From Octopus bimaculoides (lineage: Eukaryota), in assembly GCF_001194135.2 (NCBI RefSeq), contig NC_068988.1:14702081-14766080 (forward strand): DNA of 64,000 bases, written 5' to 3'. Each line of letters opens with the position of its first letter. Positions within the stretch are counted from its first letter, which is position 1. This document shows, one piece after another, positions 1 through 11,870 of this stretch. A program made the position numbers and the translations under genes. The notes under the pieces were generated by a model, which was not told the DNA's origin, made no database searches, and saw only the letters and a program-made list of their open reading frames with translations.

Positions 1-239
1 CTAACATGTAATTTATTAACCTGCATAATATCTATGCCCCTGAATAGGTTTCGGGCTTCATCTCTGGTCATAAAACATTATTCTATCACTTCTATATTTG
101 TTCATGAATATTGTTTAGATGTCTACATGTGAAGTGTACATGCATGTGTGTGTTTGTTTATAAGACATATACAAATATAAAGACCCGTGATCATAACTTT
201 TTAAAATTAGAATAATATAAATAAATGATTATAACTAAC

Positions 240-264
240 TTGCTTTCCGGAACTTGCTTTCAGC
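240..264 (-). CDS. FCHO2: FCHO1/2 orthologue coding exon 7 (25-nt mini-exon, AESKFRKA + 1 nt)
   Basis: Minus strand reads ttttctttttctctattaaattttag|GCTGAAAGCAAGTTCCGGAAAGCAA|gttagt. Phase 0 start fits exon 6. Peptide aligns by eye with FCHO2 AAVKSKKA, which follows ...QREIEK. Read-through hits a TAG at once, so the donor is required. Confidence 0.8.
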
Positions 265-413
265 CTAAAATTTAATAGAGAAAAAGAAAAGTTGTTATTG
301 AAACTGGAAAGTATAAAATTTCTAAACAGGAAAAGAATATTTCATTATCACATAATGTTTATTATCAATGTTTTCACAGATCTGATTAGTATACAGATGC
401 TTCTCTCTCGCAG

Positions 414-461
<48 letters not shown>

Positions 462-486
462 CCAAAGTGTACATACGCCGCTATAT

Positions 487-534
<48 letters not shown>

Positions 535-2153
535 ATATATATTAGGTCTTGGCATGGTATAAAGGTAAGGTATTTCCAGAGAAGCACTCAACTCGAGTTC
601 TGGGTTATCAACACTGTCAGATTCCAAAAACTACAATTCTCATTAAATAAAGCTACCCAGGGTTTCCTGGTTGAAACATTAATTTATATCCACATTTTTT
701 TTTTTTTTTAAACTAATAACAAGACTGCTTGTCAGTTTCTTTTTAAAGCAGATGACATTTAAACAAGGGACACGGATAAGGAAGAGGACAAAAAGAAAAA
801 CACAAGGGAAGTAAATCAGTGAAATAAATTAATGTTCCAATGAGAAAACCCTGGGTAACTGTACTGAACAAGAATTGTGGTTTTTATTATAACACTATCA
901 TCATTCTCTTCGCTGATCAAGTGCCATTCTACTATCTAACTGGACACGGATGGATGGATGAAACAAGAGATTTAGATCAGTTTTTTTTTTAATGATGACC
1001 ACGCTGCCACCAAAACAGCAAAAGGAAAACTGAAGCAACCACAACAAATATGCCTTGACAAAGGATACAGGATTTCTATACTGACATCTAAACCCTTAAC
1101 TTAACCATAAGTTTCTAAGTAATTTTAGTCTAGACAAAAACATTTTTAATTAACAAGTTTAACTTTTACAAACTATTCATACCTTTCTTTGACGTACTTC
1201 TCAACAAAAATTAAACCAAAATATGCTATACTTCAGTTTAATTTAAAACAAGATGTCATGTTAAAACATTACTCAAAGCATATAACAGTCTTGAAATACT
1301 CCCAATCAGGTAAAAATTGAGTGAATTGGAGTAGGAAATGTATTTTGAAATACATGTCATTAAATTTAAACAAGTGTGCATTTGAGTGACAGGGTAACTA
1401 AACTATAGAACAAAACTGTAGTGAAGAAGAAAAAAGAAACAAAATGAAATGTCACTAAGAATTGTGGAAGATTTCACTCAATCACAACAGAATTTAGCTG
1501 ACTTGCAGTACATGGTGGTGACTTTCATCAACTCTATATTTATATGTGTAGTGTTAAATTTACATTCCAGTTTAATTCTAAAACAATGTAGATAGCAGAA
1601 AGTATCCCTCTCTCCTCTCAAATACCCATTTATAGTATTTCTCCCATCATTATACCCTTTCAAAATTTACATTTTGTGTGTACAAGCCTTCACCTCCACC
1701 TACTGTTCACAGTGGGAAGTAGTTGGGTAAATGACAAAGAGAGTATAGGATTATGAGCTCCTTGAGGCCTGTCTCACTAAGGATTCTTCAACCTCTCACG
1801 TGTTGGTGCCACGAGAAAGCACACCCAGTACACCCTGTAAAGTGTTCGGTGTTAAAGAGATCATCCCATTGTAGAAACTAAGCCGAATGATATGTACAAG
1901 TACCTAATCATTAGGGGGTAGCAGCTCCCAATATGAGGGGATGCAGATCACAATGACCTATCTAACACAGGGCAGTTTGGAAAGCAGACATGATAATGAG
2001 AAGATTAAGTAGGTATATCATCATTTTACATCTGCTTTTCCATGCTGTTTTCTAATGAAGTCTTTCGCATTCAGATGTCCATCTTGCTGGCAATCCTTGG
2101 AGTTGCCTCTAATGATAACACTATATCATTATGCAATAATATATGCCACAACA

Positions 2154-2545
2154 AAGGTGGCAAGCCGGGCGAAATGCTAGGTTCTGAGTTCAAATTCCGC
2201 CGAGGTCGACTTTGCCTTTCATCCTTTCGGGGTTGATTAAGTAAGTACCAGTTACGCACTGGGTTCGATACAATTGACTTAATCCGTTTGTCTGTCCTTG
2301 TTTGTCCCCTCTGTGTGTAGCCCCTTGTGGGCAGTAAAGAAATAAGAAACGTTAGCACACCGGGTGAAATGCTTAGCGGTATTTCGTCTGTCCTTACATT
2401 CTGAGTTCAAATTCCACTGAGGGCGACTTCGCCTTTCATCCTTTCGGGGTTGATCAATTAAGTACCAGTTGCATACTGGGTCGATCTAATCGACTGCCCC
2501 CCCCGCTCCAAAAATTTTGGGACTCATGCCTAGAGTAGAAAAGAA
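2154..2545 (+). mobile_element. Two tandem copies of SINE family A (tRNA-type head, GCCTTTCATCCTTTCGGGGT central domain)
   Basis: The motif ttctgagttcaaattcc...gactt(t/c)gcctttcatcctttcgggg occurs twice here (about 2183-2232 and 2400-2450) and at many other sites in the window. Confidence 0.85.
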
Positions 2546-2856
2546 TACATACAACCAATGATACATGATTCTTCAGAATAATTCACAAAGATTATTTGCT
2601 CAAATAACCTTTAATGCATGGTTCTGAAGAATCAATCTTTCATTTTGTGTCTAGGACACTTCATGTATTAATGGTTAACATATATTATTGCATAATGTAG
2701 CAATGTTCATGAGACCAATGTTTGATGAAACATCTGTAAATAAATGAAATAAAAGGACTTGCTTACTCCATTCTCCTTGGTTATAATTCTATAAATAGCC
2801 AAGTACCATGTTGTGAGAGCAAGCGTACCAAGTATAGTTTAGTTGCTTTTTCATAT

Positions 2857-3237
2857 TGTTGGCATTCCGTCGCTTACGACGTCGAGGGTTCCAGTTGATC
2901 CAATCAACGGAACAGCCTGCTCGTGAAATTAACGTGCAAGTGGCTGAGCACTCCACAGACACGTGTACCCTTAACGTAGCTCTCGGGGATATTCAGCGTG
3001 ACACAGTGTGACAAGGCTGACCCTTTGAATTACAGGCACAACAGAAACAGGAAGTAAGAGTGAGAGAAAGCTGTGGTGAAAGAGTACAGCAGGGTTCGCC
3101 ACCATCCCCTGCCGGAGCCTCATGGAGCTTTAGGTGTTTTCGCTCAATAAACACTCACAACGCCCGGTCTGGGAATCGAAACCGCGATCCTATGACCGCG
3201 AGTCCGCTGCCCTAACCACTGGGCCATTGCGCCTCCA
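2857..3237 (-). mobile_element. Full-length tRNA-headed SINE (family D) with 13-bp target-site duplication
   Basis: Minus-strand head TGGAGGCGCAATGGCCCAGTGGTTAGGGCAG...GGTTTCGATTCCCAG contains Pol III A and B boxes. TSD tgctttttcatat at 2844-2856 and 3238-3250. CpGs are retained. Confidence 0.92.
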
Positions 3238-3467
3238 TGCTTTTTCATATATGCTGATACTAAGAATACATTTGGAATTTATGGATGCTTAAATAAGCAA
3301 AAATAAAATATAAAATGAAAACGCTTGTTGCATTCAAAAGTATTTTTTTTTATAAATATATCCACATACACATAGATAAACACAAGAAGAGAATAACAGT
3401 GGAGTGCAGGGAGGAAATCAACAAGTATGTTGCTGTTGAAGGTTAAGTATGCCAGGAGTTCACCAAC

Positions 3468-3548
3468 CTTTTCAGTATCCTTTTGTGATGCTCCTTCTTT
3501 CTTTAATCGTTCCAACTCAGACACTCGCGTATGATAAATTTCTTTGGC
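3468..3548 (-). CDS. FCHO2: FCHO1/2 orthologue coding exon 6 ([27 protein letters not shown])
   Basis: Acceptor ttttttctcctgttgcag| and donor AAG|gttggt. 81 nt, phase 0/0. Matches FCHO2 [27 protein letters not shown] in sequence and length, from memory of the human protein. Confidence 0.96.
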
Positions 3549-3631
3549 CTGCAACAGGAGAAAAAATCGGAAATTTCTAGATATTGGAAACATTTTATAG
3601 TGTTACATCACAAAAGGTCAACAAAAGATAC

Positions 3632-3661
<30 letters not shown>

Positions 3662-3663
<2 letters not shown>

Positions 3664-3846
3664 CCTTTCTACTATAGGCACAAGGCCTGAAATTTAGTGG
3701 GAAGGGGCAAGTCGATTACAATAACCCCAAAAGAATGAAAGGCAAAGTTGACATCAGCGGAATTTGAACTCAGAACATAGTAACGGGCAAAATACTGCTA
3801 AGCATTTTGTCCAGTGTGCTAACGATTCTGCTAGCTCACTGCCTTA
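3662..3846 (-). mobile_element. SINE family A copy embedded in (TAA)n tracts
   Basis: Reverse complement of the family A body (aaaggcaaagttgac...ggaatttgaactcagaac), flanked by (aat)n at about 3633-3662 and (tta)n/(aat)n at about 3845-3920. Confidence 0.85.
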
Positions 3847-3855
3847 TTATTATTA

Positions 3856-3896
<41 letters not shown>

Positions 3897-3915
3897 AATA
3901 ATGATAATAATAATA

Positions 3916-4453
3916 ATAATAAATGTACTCTTATGTAAAAACCCTTTGTTTTATTTCTTCATACATAAAGTAAAAGGGATATGCAGTTGATCAAGTAATG
4001 TGTACATGTGGGAGAACACATACATTTCAGTAATTATTAACATACATACATGTAAAAAACACACACACACGTGTGTGTATGTATGTGTGAGATAGCATGT
4101 GGCCTAGTGGTTAGGGTATTACACTTGTGATCATGAGATCATGGTTTCAATTCCTAAACTGGTGGTGCATTGTGTTCTTAAACAAAACGCTTCATTTCAC
4201 ATTGTTCCAGTCCAAACTGTTGAAAATTGGTAACCCAGCAGGAATGTCAGCCTGCCCACCTAACAAGCAGTGTGATGTCGTTTGAAAACTACAACTCTGC
4301 AACAAAGTGCACTGTGACCAGTGATATATAACATTTGACAGTTTGGCCAGTGTTCTCCCACATGTACACATTACTTGATCAACCGCATATCCTTTTTCCT
4401 TAATGTATAAAGAAAAAAAACAAAGGCTTTTTACATAAGAGTACATTTATTAT
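3916..4453. repeat. Inverted repeat with about 104-bp arms (3916-4019 / 4350-4453) around a family D SINE fragment
   Basis: aaatgtactcttatgtaaaaa...gatcaagtaatgtgtacatgtgggagaacac is mirrored by gtgttctcccacatgtacacattacttgatc...tttttacataagagtacattt. Confidence 0.85.
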
Positions 4454-5150
4454 AATCATTGAGTGACACTGGGGTAAAATATATGAAGCCCAGTATACCC
4501 ATCATGACCACCCATCTGATATGGGTACACCAGACACATACATCACAACCATATGTGCATGACATGGTGATCTCATATCAAGATAAACAGCACATGACCT
4601 TGCAGGTGAGGCCCAGTTAGAATTTTCTTCAGGTCGAGTAGTCCAGCCTGCTCAAATTATTATTATTATCATTATTATCATTAAGGTGGCAAGCAAGCAG
4701 AATTGTTAGAACACTGGACAAAACGTTTAGCAGTATTTCGCCCATGTAGTGTATACTACATTCTGAGTAAACACGCACACACAGACACACACACACACAC
4801 ATTAACAACTGAGATTTGAATATATATATAAAACATTTCTATCTAATGCTTGTAATGTTATATACCATATATTTTTTTATCAGTTTCAGTTCTTGCACTC
4901 AGGCAGTGCTGAGACAGCACTTACATGGGTTTTAGCCAATTATATCAATTCCACTATTTAATCTCTTACTCATTTTACAATCACTGTTTATCTAATAGCC
5001 TGACTTTTTCCATGATATTTCTTAGCAGATACAACAATAGAGCTTGACAACTGTAGAGCCAGTCCAAATCATTATGGACAGACAAATGCAAGATGATATA
5101 TATCATCATCATCATCAAATGTCCGTTCTCCATGCTGGCATGGGTTGGAC

Positions 5151-5222
<72 letters not shown>

Positions 5223-5686
5223 NNNNNNNNNNNNNNNNNNNNNNNNNNNNNNNNNNNNNNNNNNNNNNNNNNNNNNNNNNNNNNNNNNNNNNNNNNNNNN
5301 NNNNNNNNNNNNNNNNNNNNNNNNNNNNNNNNNNNNNNNNNNNNNNNNNNNNNNNNNNNNNNNNNNNNNNNNNNNNNNNNNNNNNNNNNNNNNNNNNNNN
5401 NNNNNNNNNNNNNNNNNNNNNNNNNNNNNNNNNNNNNNNNNNNNNNNNNNNNNNNNNNNNNNNNNNNNNNNNNNNNNNNNNNNNNNNNNNNNNNNNNNNN
5501 NNNNNNNNNNNNNNNNNNNNNNNNNNNNNNNNNNNNNNNNNNNNNNNNNNNNNNNNNNNNNNNNNNNNNNNNNNNNNNNNNNNNNNNNNNNNNNNNNNNN
5601 NNNNNNNNNNNNNNNNNNNNNNNNNNNNNNNNNNNNNNNNNNNNNNNNNNNNNNNNNNNNNNNNNNNNNNNNNNNNNNNNNNNNNN

Positions 5687-5727
<41 letters not shown>

Positions 5728-5967
5728 CATACACACACGCACATGCACAGAATTATATAGCTATTGGTTGTCATCGTCATCATTTAACGTCTGCCTTCCA
5801 TGCTCTCATGGGCTGGACAAACATATATACACACATACACATGGGTGTATATAAGAAAGATAACTGACTGTCTTAACCAAATGTGTACATGTGTGTGTGC
5901 GTATTTATATATTTGATGCTCATTTATAACTATCACATGTTGTCAAGACAAGGATACATGCAAACAA

Positions 5968-6003
<36 letters not shown>

Positions 6004-6157
6004 ACATATCTACAATGAGCTTCTTTCAGTTTTCATCTACCAAATTCACACACAAGGTATTGGTTGGCCCAAGAAGCAATAATGAGACTGGACCCAAGAC
6101 TACATGGTTGGAAAGCAAGCTTCTTAACAACAAAGCCACAACTATTGTGATATTACA

Positions 6158-6297
6158 ATCATCATCATCATCATCGTTTAACGTCTGCTTTCCGTGCTAG
6201 CATGGGTTAGACGATTTGACTGAGGACTGGTGAACCAGATGGCTACACCAGGCTCCAATCTGATTTGGCAGAGTTTCTACAGCTGGATGTCCTTCCT
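6158..6297 (-). mobile_element. RTE-LINE 3' end (family C, 5'-truncated) with (GAT)n tail
   Basis: catcatcatcgtttaacgtctgctttccgtgctagcatgggttagacg...ctacagctggatg is the reverse complement of the tail at 26760-26874. Confidence 0.85.
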
Positions 6298-6543
6298 ATA
6301 CTACAATATATTGTAGTATACAGTTTGGATAAACACATTAAACTCTGATTATTTTTATTGAAAGCAGTAATGATGTGCAGTCAGCCTCAAAGCACAGACA
6401 TTCTCTGGTAGTGTTTCGGATGCTTTTGGTACCATAATATAGGAAGGTACTAAAATAATTGCAATAACTTATCAAGAAACATCCCAATTTATTTTACATT
6501 TGTCATTATCTCATATGTATCCAAACACACACACGCACGCACG

Positions 6544-6609
<66 letters not shown>

Positions 6610-6648
6610 AAGGATGAAAAAGAAAGGAAAAAGAGAGAAATGATTTAC

Positions 6649-6720
6649 TTTATGAAGTGCTGTTGTGGTTTGCTGTATAGATTGTACAACCTCCAGTGTT
6701 GCTGATTCGGTTTCTTTCAT
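6649..6720 (-). CDS. FCHO2: FCHO1/2 orthologue coding exon 5 (MKETESATLEVVQSIQQTTTALHK)
   Basis: catgtttcag|ATG...CATAAA|gtaaat. 72 nt, phase 0/0. Aligns with FCHO2 TKEEVAGTLEAVQTIQSITQALQK. Confidence 0.96.
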
Positions 6721-7546
6721 CTGAAACATGAAATATTTAAGATAATTAGCAATGTGCCCTTGAGAGAAAAAGCAAAATTATACCTGAATACATCTGTCAG
6801 TAGTACTGTGGTTTTGTTTGTTACAGTTAGCAGCCTGGCTTCTATTAGTAAACACTTCATTACTAACTAATCAAGGCAACAAGATTACTTTGTTTTACTA
6901 AAGCCACCCTTTTTGGTCAGGCAGTCAACTCATGCCAAAATTTATTGTAAATACTGAACAGAAACAACTAACACTTCTAATTCCTTCTGTTTTATTCTAT
7001 CACCAATTACACCCGTTTTCTTTTCCTTTTCTGAAGAAGGAAGGCAAGAAAATAAACTCGTTATATCTTTTGCTAGACAATACCTACAAACTTCAGCCAC
7101 ACACACACACACTCTCTCTCTCTTTCCCTCTCTCAACAGACAGTTTTCACGCCAATAGTTTGTACATTTGATATGGTGCCAAATGTGACTGACTGACAAA
7201 CCAGTCTTAAATAATGCCAGCATTATCACTGTTATAACATCTTAAAATAGTGATAACCAATTACTGGTTTGATCAGAACATTTTGTTGTTGTTAAATATT
7301 AAATATATAACAATAGCATCATCTTCCAAGGTCAATCAATGAATTTAAGAAAGAAGGACGATGCTGTTAAAGAAGACTAAACATTCAGTTATTGCTTTAT
7401 TAAATACACAGAAGCTTCTATACCAGTAGTTCTAGGACTCACTTAGGAGCATTGTGAATTCACAAGGGGGTGGCAATTGACAAGGTGTTGTTGGGGTATT
7501 AGGGGTTTGGAGAGGTCATGATATTGCTTTGAAATAAAATATTTAA

Positions 7547-7986
7547 CCCTTTTGATACCAACCAGCCCAGAATCACCAACCCCTGGCTCTATGATATAAC
7601 CCTTCAGCATTCATATTACACTGTCAAATGTAGCATTTAGTCACATCATTTTGAATTAACCATGCATTAGCTTGTAGCTCTGACATCTTGATGATGTGAT
7701 TTTTTTTTCTTAGAATGACATTGTAGGGTAGGTGTGACATGCCAGATTTGGCTGGTTTGAACATAAAACAGTAGAATGTGGGCTGGAAATGGCCAGTTTA
7801 AATGCAAAAGGGTTAAAGAGCCTATTTTAAAATGATCAAAATTAAAACATGCCATCAAAATTTTATGTTAAATTATACTTCAAACCCCGGCTTAATAAGG
7901 GCAAAGTTATTTTACTAAATTCTTCGTTATTTAACTTAATTGAAACAAAATGAGCATATTCCAACAGAAATAAGGTAGCAAAAGTG
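7547..7986. mobile_element. piggyBac-like MITE (TTAA-flanked) containing a second TTAA/CCCTT-type MITE at about 7596-7816
   Basis: Outer ends are ttaa|cccttttgatacc and ggtagcaaaagtg|ttaa. The inner element ends aaatgcaaaaggg|ttaa and resembles 8989-9206 and 40047-40267. Confidence 0.6.
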
Positions 7987-8988
7987 TTAAACCAGGTACA
8001 ATACTTCTATTTTAAACGTATTTTCAGAATAATATTTTTCAAAATTAAGATATGAATAGGCATTGTGTTATCAGAGAACAGAATCATGACTGATGAAGTG
8101 CCAAGGTCCAATATAATGATATAAAGTGTCTTGCTCAAGAACACAAGGCACCACCAGGAATCAAACACACGACCTTATGATTGCAAGCCAACTACCCTAA
8201 CCACTAAGCCATGCACATTCAAGTTCTTGATTAAAATGAAATTTTATCAGCATTCTTACTGGCCTTTTACCAAACCTTTCTTATTGGCCTTCTGCCAAAA
8301 CCTTTCAAAGACAGTTTTATGATTTGCTTAACTTCTTACGAAATCCAAATTTATGAAAGAAAATATAAAAGATTAATAAGGATGCTTAATAATTTTCGTG
8401 TAAAGGTTCTCTGAGACATGGCATGTATTTCAAAAGTTCTCCAAGAGCGAAAAAGATTGATATAGACTACTATGTCATCATTACCATTTCAATGTGAGCT
8501 CTTTTTTTCTTTTTTTTTTGACTACAGTTAAACCAGTTGAATGTTCAGTTAAAAAATATTCATGTACTTTAAACTTGTGTGGACATAAACAGCATAAAGT
8601 GCATGAGAGAATACAACTGGACTCCAAAGGCATTTTTTTAGCCATTCTGCTGCTGTTGACACATGCAACAGCTGGGGGTGAATAATTTCCCTATGGAAAA
8701 TCAATGAAGTTAATGAAAGAAACGGACAGAGATGATGAGGTCAAACTTAAGGGTTGTTGAGTTTGACAGACAAAATGCAGCAGGATCGTGCAAAATGATA
8801 ATAAGCTGTACTGCAGATCAATACGACTCAGATTTATTACTTCTTACTCTTCTGTTAATCTCAAAGGCTCTAAGAAATAGCATGAGCAATACATTTTTTC
8901 CTGACTGAGATGGAAAAAAAACCCCAACAAATACATAGTACATGGTTGTGTAATTAAGACATAAGTGCAAGCATGTCTGCGTGGTTAA

Positions 8989-9206
8989 CTCTTTAGCATT
9001 CAGATTACTGTCAACTGCAAAGCTTATTTATCACATTATTTCAAATTAATCATGCATTATCTCATAGCTTCCTGATTTCAATGATGTGAATGTTTGCATT
9101 TAGAATGACATTGTAGGATAGGTAAGAGAGGCCTGATCTGGTCAGTTTGAACATAAAACACATTCAAATATTTGGGCCGGATATAGCCTGTTTGAATGCT
9201 AAAGGG
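8989..9206. mobile_element. piggyBac-like MITE with TTAA duplication
   Basis: TTAA (8985-8988)|ctctttagcattc ... gaatgctaaaggg|TTAA (9207-9210). It splits the SINE head at its TTAA. Confidence 0.85.
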
Positions 9207-9268
9207 TTAAGAAGCTTGCTTTGCAGCCAATTGGTTTGGGGTCTGGTCCCACTGCATAGCATCTTGAC

Positions 9269-9790
9269 CAGTGGTTCTCAAACAATTCTAAGTGCTGGTC
9301 CCCTTACAGTTGTTTTTTTCAATGATTCACAGTCCCCTATAAAATTCAGGATAATCAATATGGAAAAAAATGACAAACATTCGTGTTCCGTAATTTCCGG
9401 ACTATGAACCGCATTGCCCATAGACATGCAGCCCTGAAAACCACAACTTAATCCAGGCAATACCCCATTGGGATACAATAAATACACATGAAAATATGGG
9501 GAATCAGTCGATCAATTAGTTACAAAACAAATGAGTATCAAAAAAATACCGACAGCACATGCATGATCACGCATTATGCCCGCATATTTTCTATCGGCCA
9601 AACACATTAGCAAATGAGTGCGTAGGAGTGGTGTGAGTTTTTGAGGCCAACAACAAAAAAGGATGATATCATGTGAAAAATTGAAAGTCTTGAAATTTTT
9701 AAACTGCCTCAAGCCACCCCATTTTCACGATACTTCAGTGTCCCTTCATGGTCCCCTAGGGGACTGCTGACCCCAGTTTGAGAACCAGTG
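9269..9790. mobile_element. hAT (Charlie-like) MITE, 522 bp, 8-bp TSD
   Basis: TIRs cagtggttctcaaac / gtttgagaaccagtg (1 mismatch). TSD atcttgac at 9261-9268 and 9791-9798. An 8-bp TSD is typical of hAT elements. Confidence 0.92.
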
Positions 9791-10312
9791 ATCTTGACTG
9801 TCTTCTTCTATAGCCCAAGGCTGACCAATGCCATGTGAGCGATTTTGGTAGATGAGAACTGTGTGAAAGCTTGTCGTGTGTGTGTGTGTCTCCAATCACC
9901 GTTTCATGACCAATGTTGGTTCATTTATGTCTCCATAATTAAACAGTTTGGCAAAAGAAACCACACAATAAATAATGCCAGACAAAAAAAATAAGTACTT
10001 GGGTTGATTTGTTGTCTAAACCTTACAAGGTGCAGCCCTAGCATGGTCGCAGTCCAATGACCAGAACAAGTAAAAGATAAATTATATTAATCTCTAATAA
10101 AAGTATAAAGTCAAGAGGGATATAACCAATTATATGAATTGATGTATTTAACTGGCATTTTATTTTATTAACCCCAGAAAGATAAAAGGTAAAGTTAAGC
10201 TCAAATGACCTCTGAACTCGGAATGTAAAAGCTAATAAGACATTTTGTCCACTGCTCTAACGACTCTGCTAATCTACTGCCCCTAATTGTGCTAATTATT
10301 AGCAATACTTAC

Positions 10313-10454
10313 ATTCTTGTGCCGCCGATGCTGTTCTTCATTGTAACGAGCAACATCTTTGATGAGCTCTGACCATGTATATACAAGTTGCATATGCAAC
10401 GTGGCCAATTTTTCGACCAAAGATTTAAGTAAGTTCCAAAAAGGAGAAAATGTT
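10313..10454 (-). CDS. FCHO2: FCHO1/2 orthologue coding exon 4 (TFSPFWNLLKSLVEKLATLHMQLVYTWSELIKDVARYNEEQHRRHKN)
   Basis: ttttttattttttcag|aACATTT...AAGAAT|gtaagt. 142 nt, phase 2/0. Aligns with FCHO2 [47 protein letters not shown]. Confidence 0.97.
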
Positions 10455-10813
10455 CTGAAAAAATAAAAAAATAAATAATAAATATATCAGAACAAATAAG
10501 ACTTTTAGAAAAGTAATAGAAATAGATTTTATAAATTCTTAGAATGTCATTTATTTTTAAGGAGCAATATGCATATAAATCATCACCATCACCAATATCA
10601 TTCAACATCCCCTTTTTCATGCTAGCATGGGTTGGACAGTTTTACAAGAACAGACGAGTCAAGGTGCTCTACCAGGTTCTAAGTTTGCTTTGGCATGGCT
10701 TCTATGGCTGGATGCCCTTCCTAATGCCAACCACTTAACAGAATGTACTGGGCGCTTTTATGTGGTACCAGCACTGGTGAGGTTGCCAAGTACCCACAAG
10801 ATACATAGATGTG

Positions 10814-10872
<59 letters not shown>

Positions 10873-11504
10873 TTTTTTCAATAGCCAGTTTGCTTGTAAT
10901 AGCCAGTTCTTTTGGCCAAATTTGAACACACAACAGTTTAACATAATCATAACGATATATACAAATTACACAACTCACCTCATCATTCTTACTTCTCTTT
11001 CCCTCCCTTTCTAAATAACCACTATTGACACTAATCCCTTCCCTTTCTCCTTACATCATCCACCAATAGTGTCTACTTCATCATTCTCTTCAATACCACG
11101 CTATCATAACTGAAAACCTGTCCCTCTGTTGATAAGAGGTTAAACAGATTCAACACCAACACAAAAGAATAATCTATACTTATGACACACCTTTTTGTTT
11201 ATAATATTTTGCACCATTTAAAGATTACATCTGGCCAAGAGAGACCTGCTTATATATGTTTCACACATATAAAGGTTTGACTTTTGCTTTCATCTAAGGT
11301 GTCTTCAATATATATTTGTTAACAATCTCAATATTCTTACAGACTGGATATTAATATGGCCAATCCTGTCTACAAAAGTGTGTGGGCGTGATCTTAGAAA
11401 TATAAGTGTATAGTCTAATCATAGAAATATACACATATTTGCAGTATGTATGTATGTATGTATACACATACACATACATATGTAGATTATGTTACATTTC
11501 TGAG

Positions 11505-11870
11505 AAAGACATTGCACAAGATCAACAGCTGCCCAAAAATACCACCAAGGTACTACCTCCCAATGCAACAAGACACAGTTGCTAAAATAATATACAATGC
11601 CATCTGCAAAAAAGTCTATCCAGAGATAAATAAAGAGAACCTGCTATTATTAAATGTAGACATAAACATCCACACAAGGAACACTGGTGGAACATTCCCA
11701 TGACAACTGCCATGAGCAAACATAACAGTCCAGATATAGTTCTTTGGGATAGACAAGAAAAAGTCGGTACCATCATAAATATCAGTGGTCCTGCTGATGA
11801 GAATATTCTTTTGAAAAATCAAAATAGAGATTAACTATGGGCAAGTGTTTCAAAGCTTCTAGCTTCTATA
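11505..11870 (+). mobile_element. R4/Dong-type non-LTR retrotransposon relic (zinc-knuckle/REL endonuclease region, frameshifted)
   Basis: Frames give KTLHKINSCPKIPPRYYLPMQQDTVAKIIYNAI and EHWWNIPMTTAMSKHNSPDIVLWDRQEKVGTIINISGP. These resemble the ETxxHIxSGC..Y..RHD and KHNRPDI..D...K...IEIS.P motifs of REL-type elements. Confidence 0.7.

Larger units (their letters stand above)
8965..10078 (+). mobile_element. SINE family B (CORE-like) interrupted by two DNA-transposon MITEs
   Basis: Removing the inserts restores gcaagcatgtctgcgtggttaa|gaagcttgct...actgcatagcatcttgac|tgtcttcttctatagcc...aacaagtaaaagata, which is collinear with the intact copy at 23681-24083. Confidence 0.8.

Noticed and set aside
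30-75. Hammerhead-like gatgaagcccGAAACcta on the minus strand
   Set aside because: No CUGANGA core, no GUH after a pairing stem III, and no stem I partner.
1478-1663. Minus-strand ORF as FCHO exon 7 (LECKFNTT...)
   Set aside because: No convincing similarity beyond a few residues. The 240-264 exon fits the expected AxxKxKKA motif and splice signals better.
3160-3237. tRNA gene
   Set aside because: It has A/B boxes but no pairing acceptor or anticodon stems, and it continues into a SINE body bounded by a TSD. The same holds for the other SINE heads.
4981-5867. Long ORFs in all six frames
   Set aside because: They span the N gap at 5223-5686 and (TA)n/(CA)n. The same artefact applies at 14655-15012, 26150-26717, 32401-33072, 36391-36715, 41611-42536, 49549-50455, 57499-58528 and 60654-60975.
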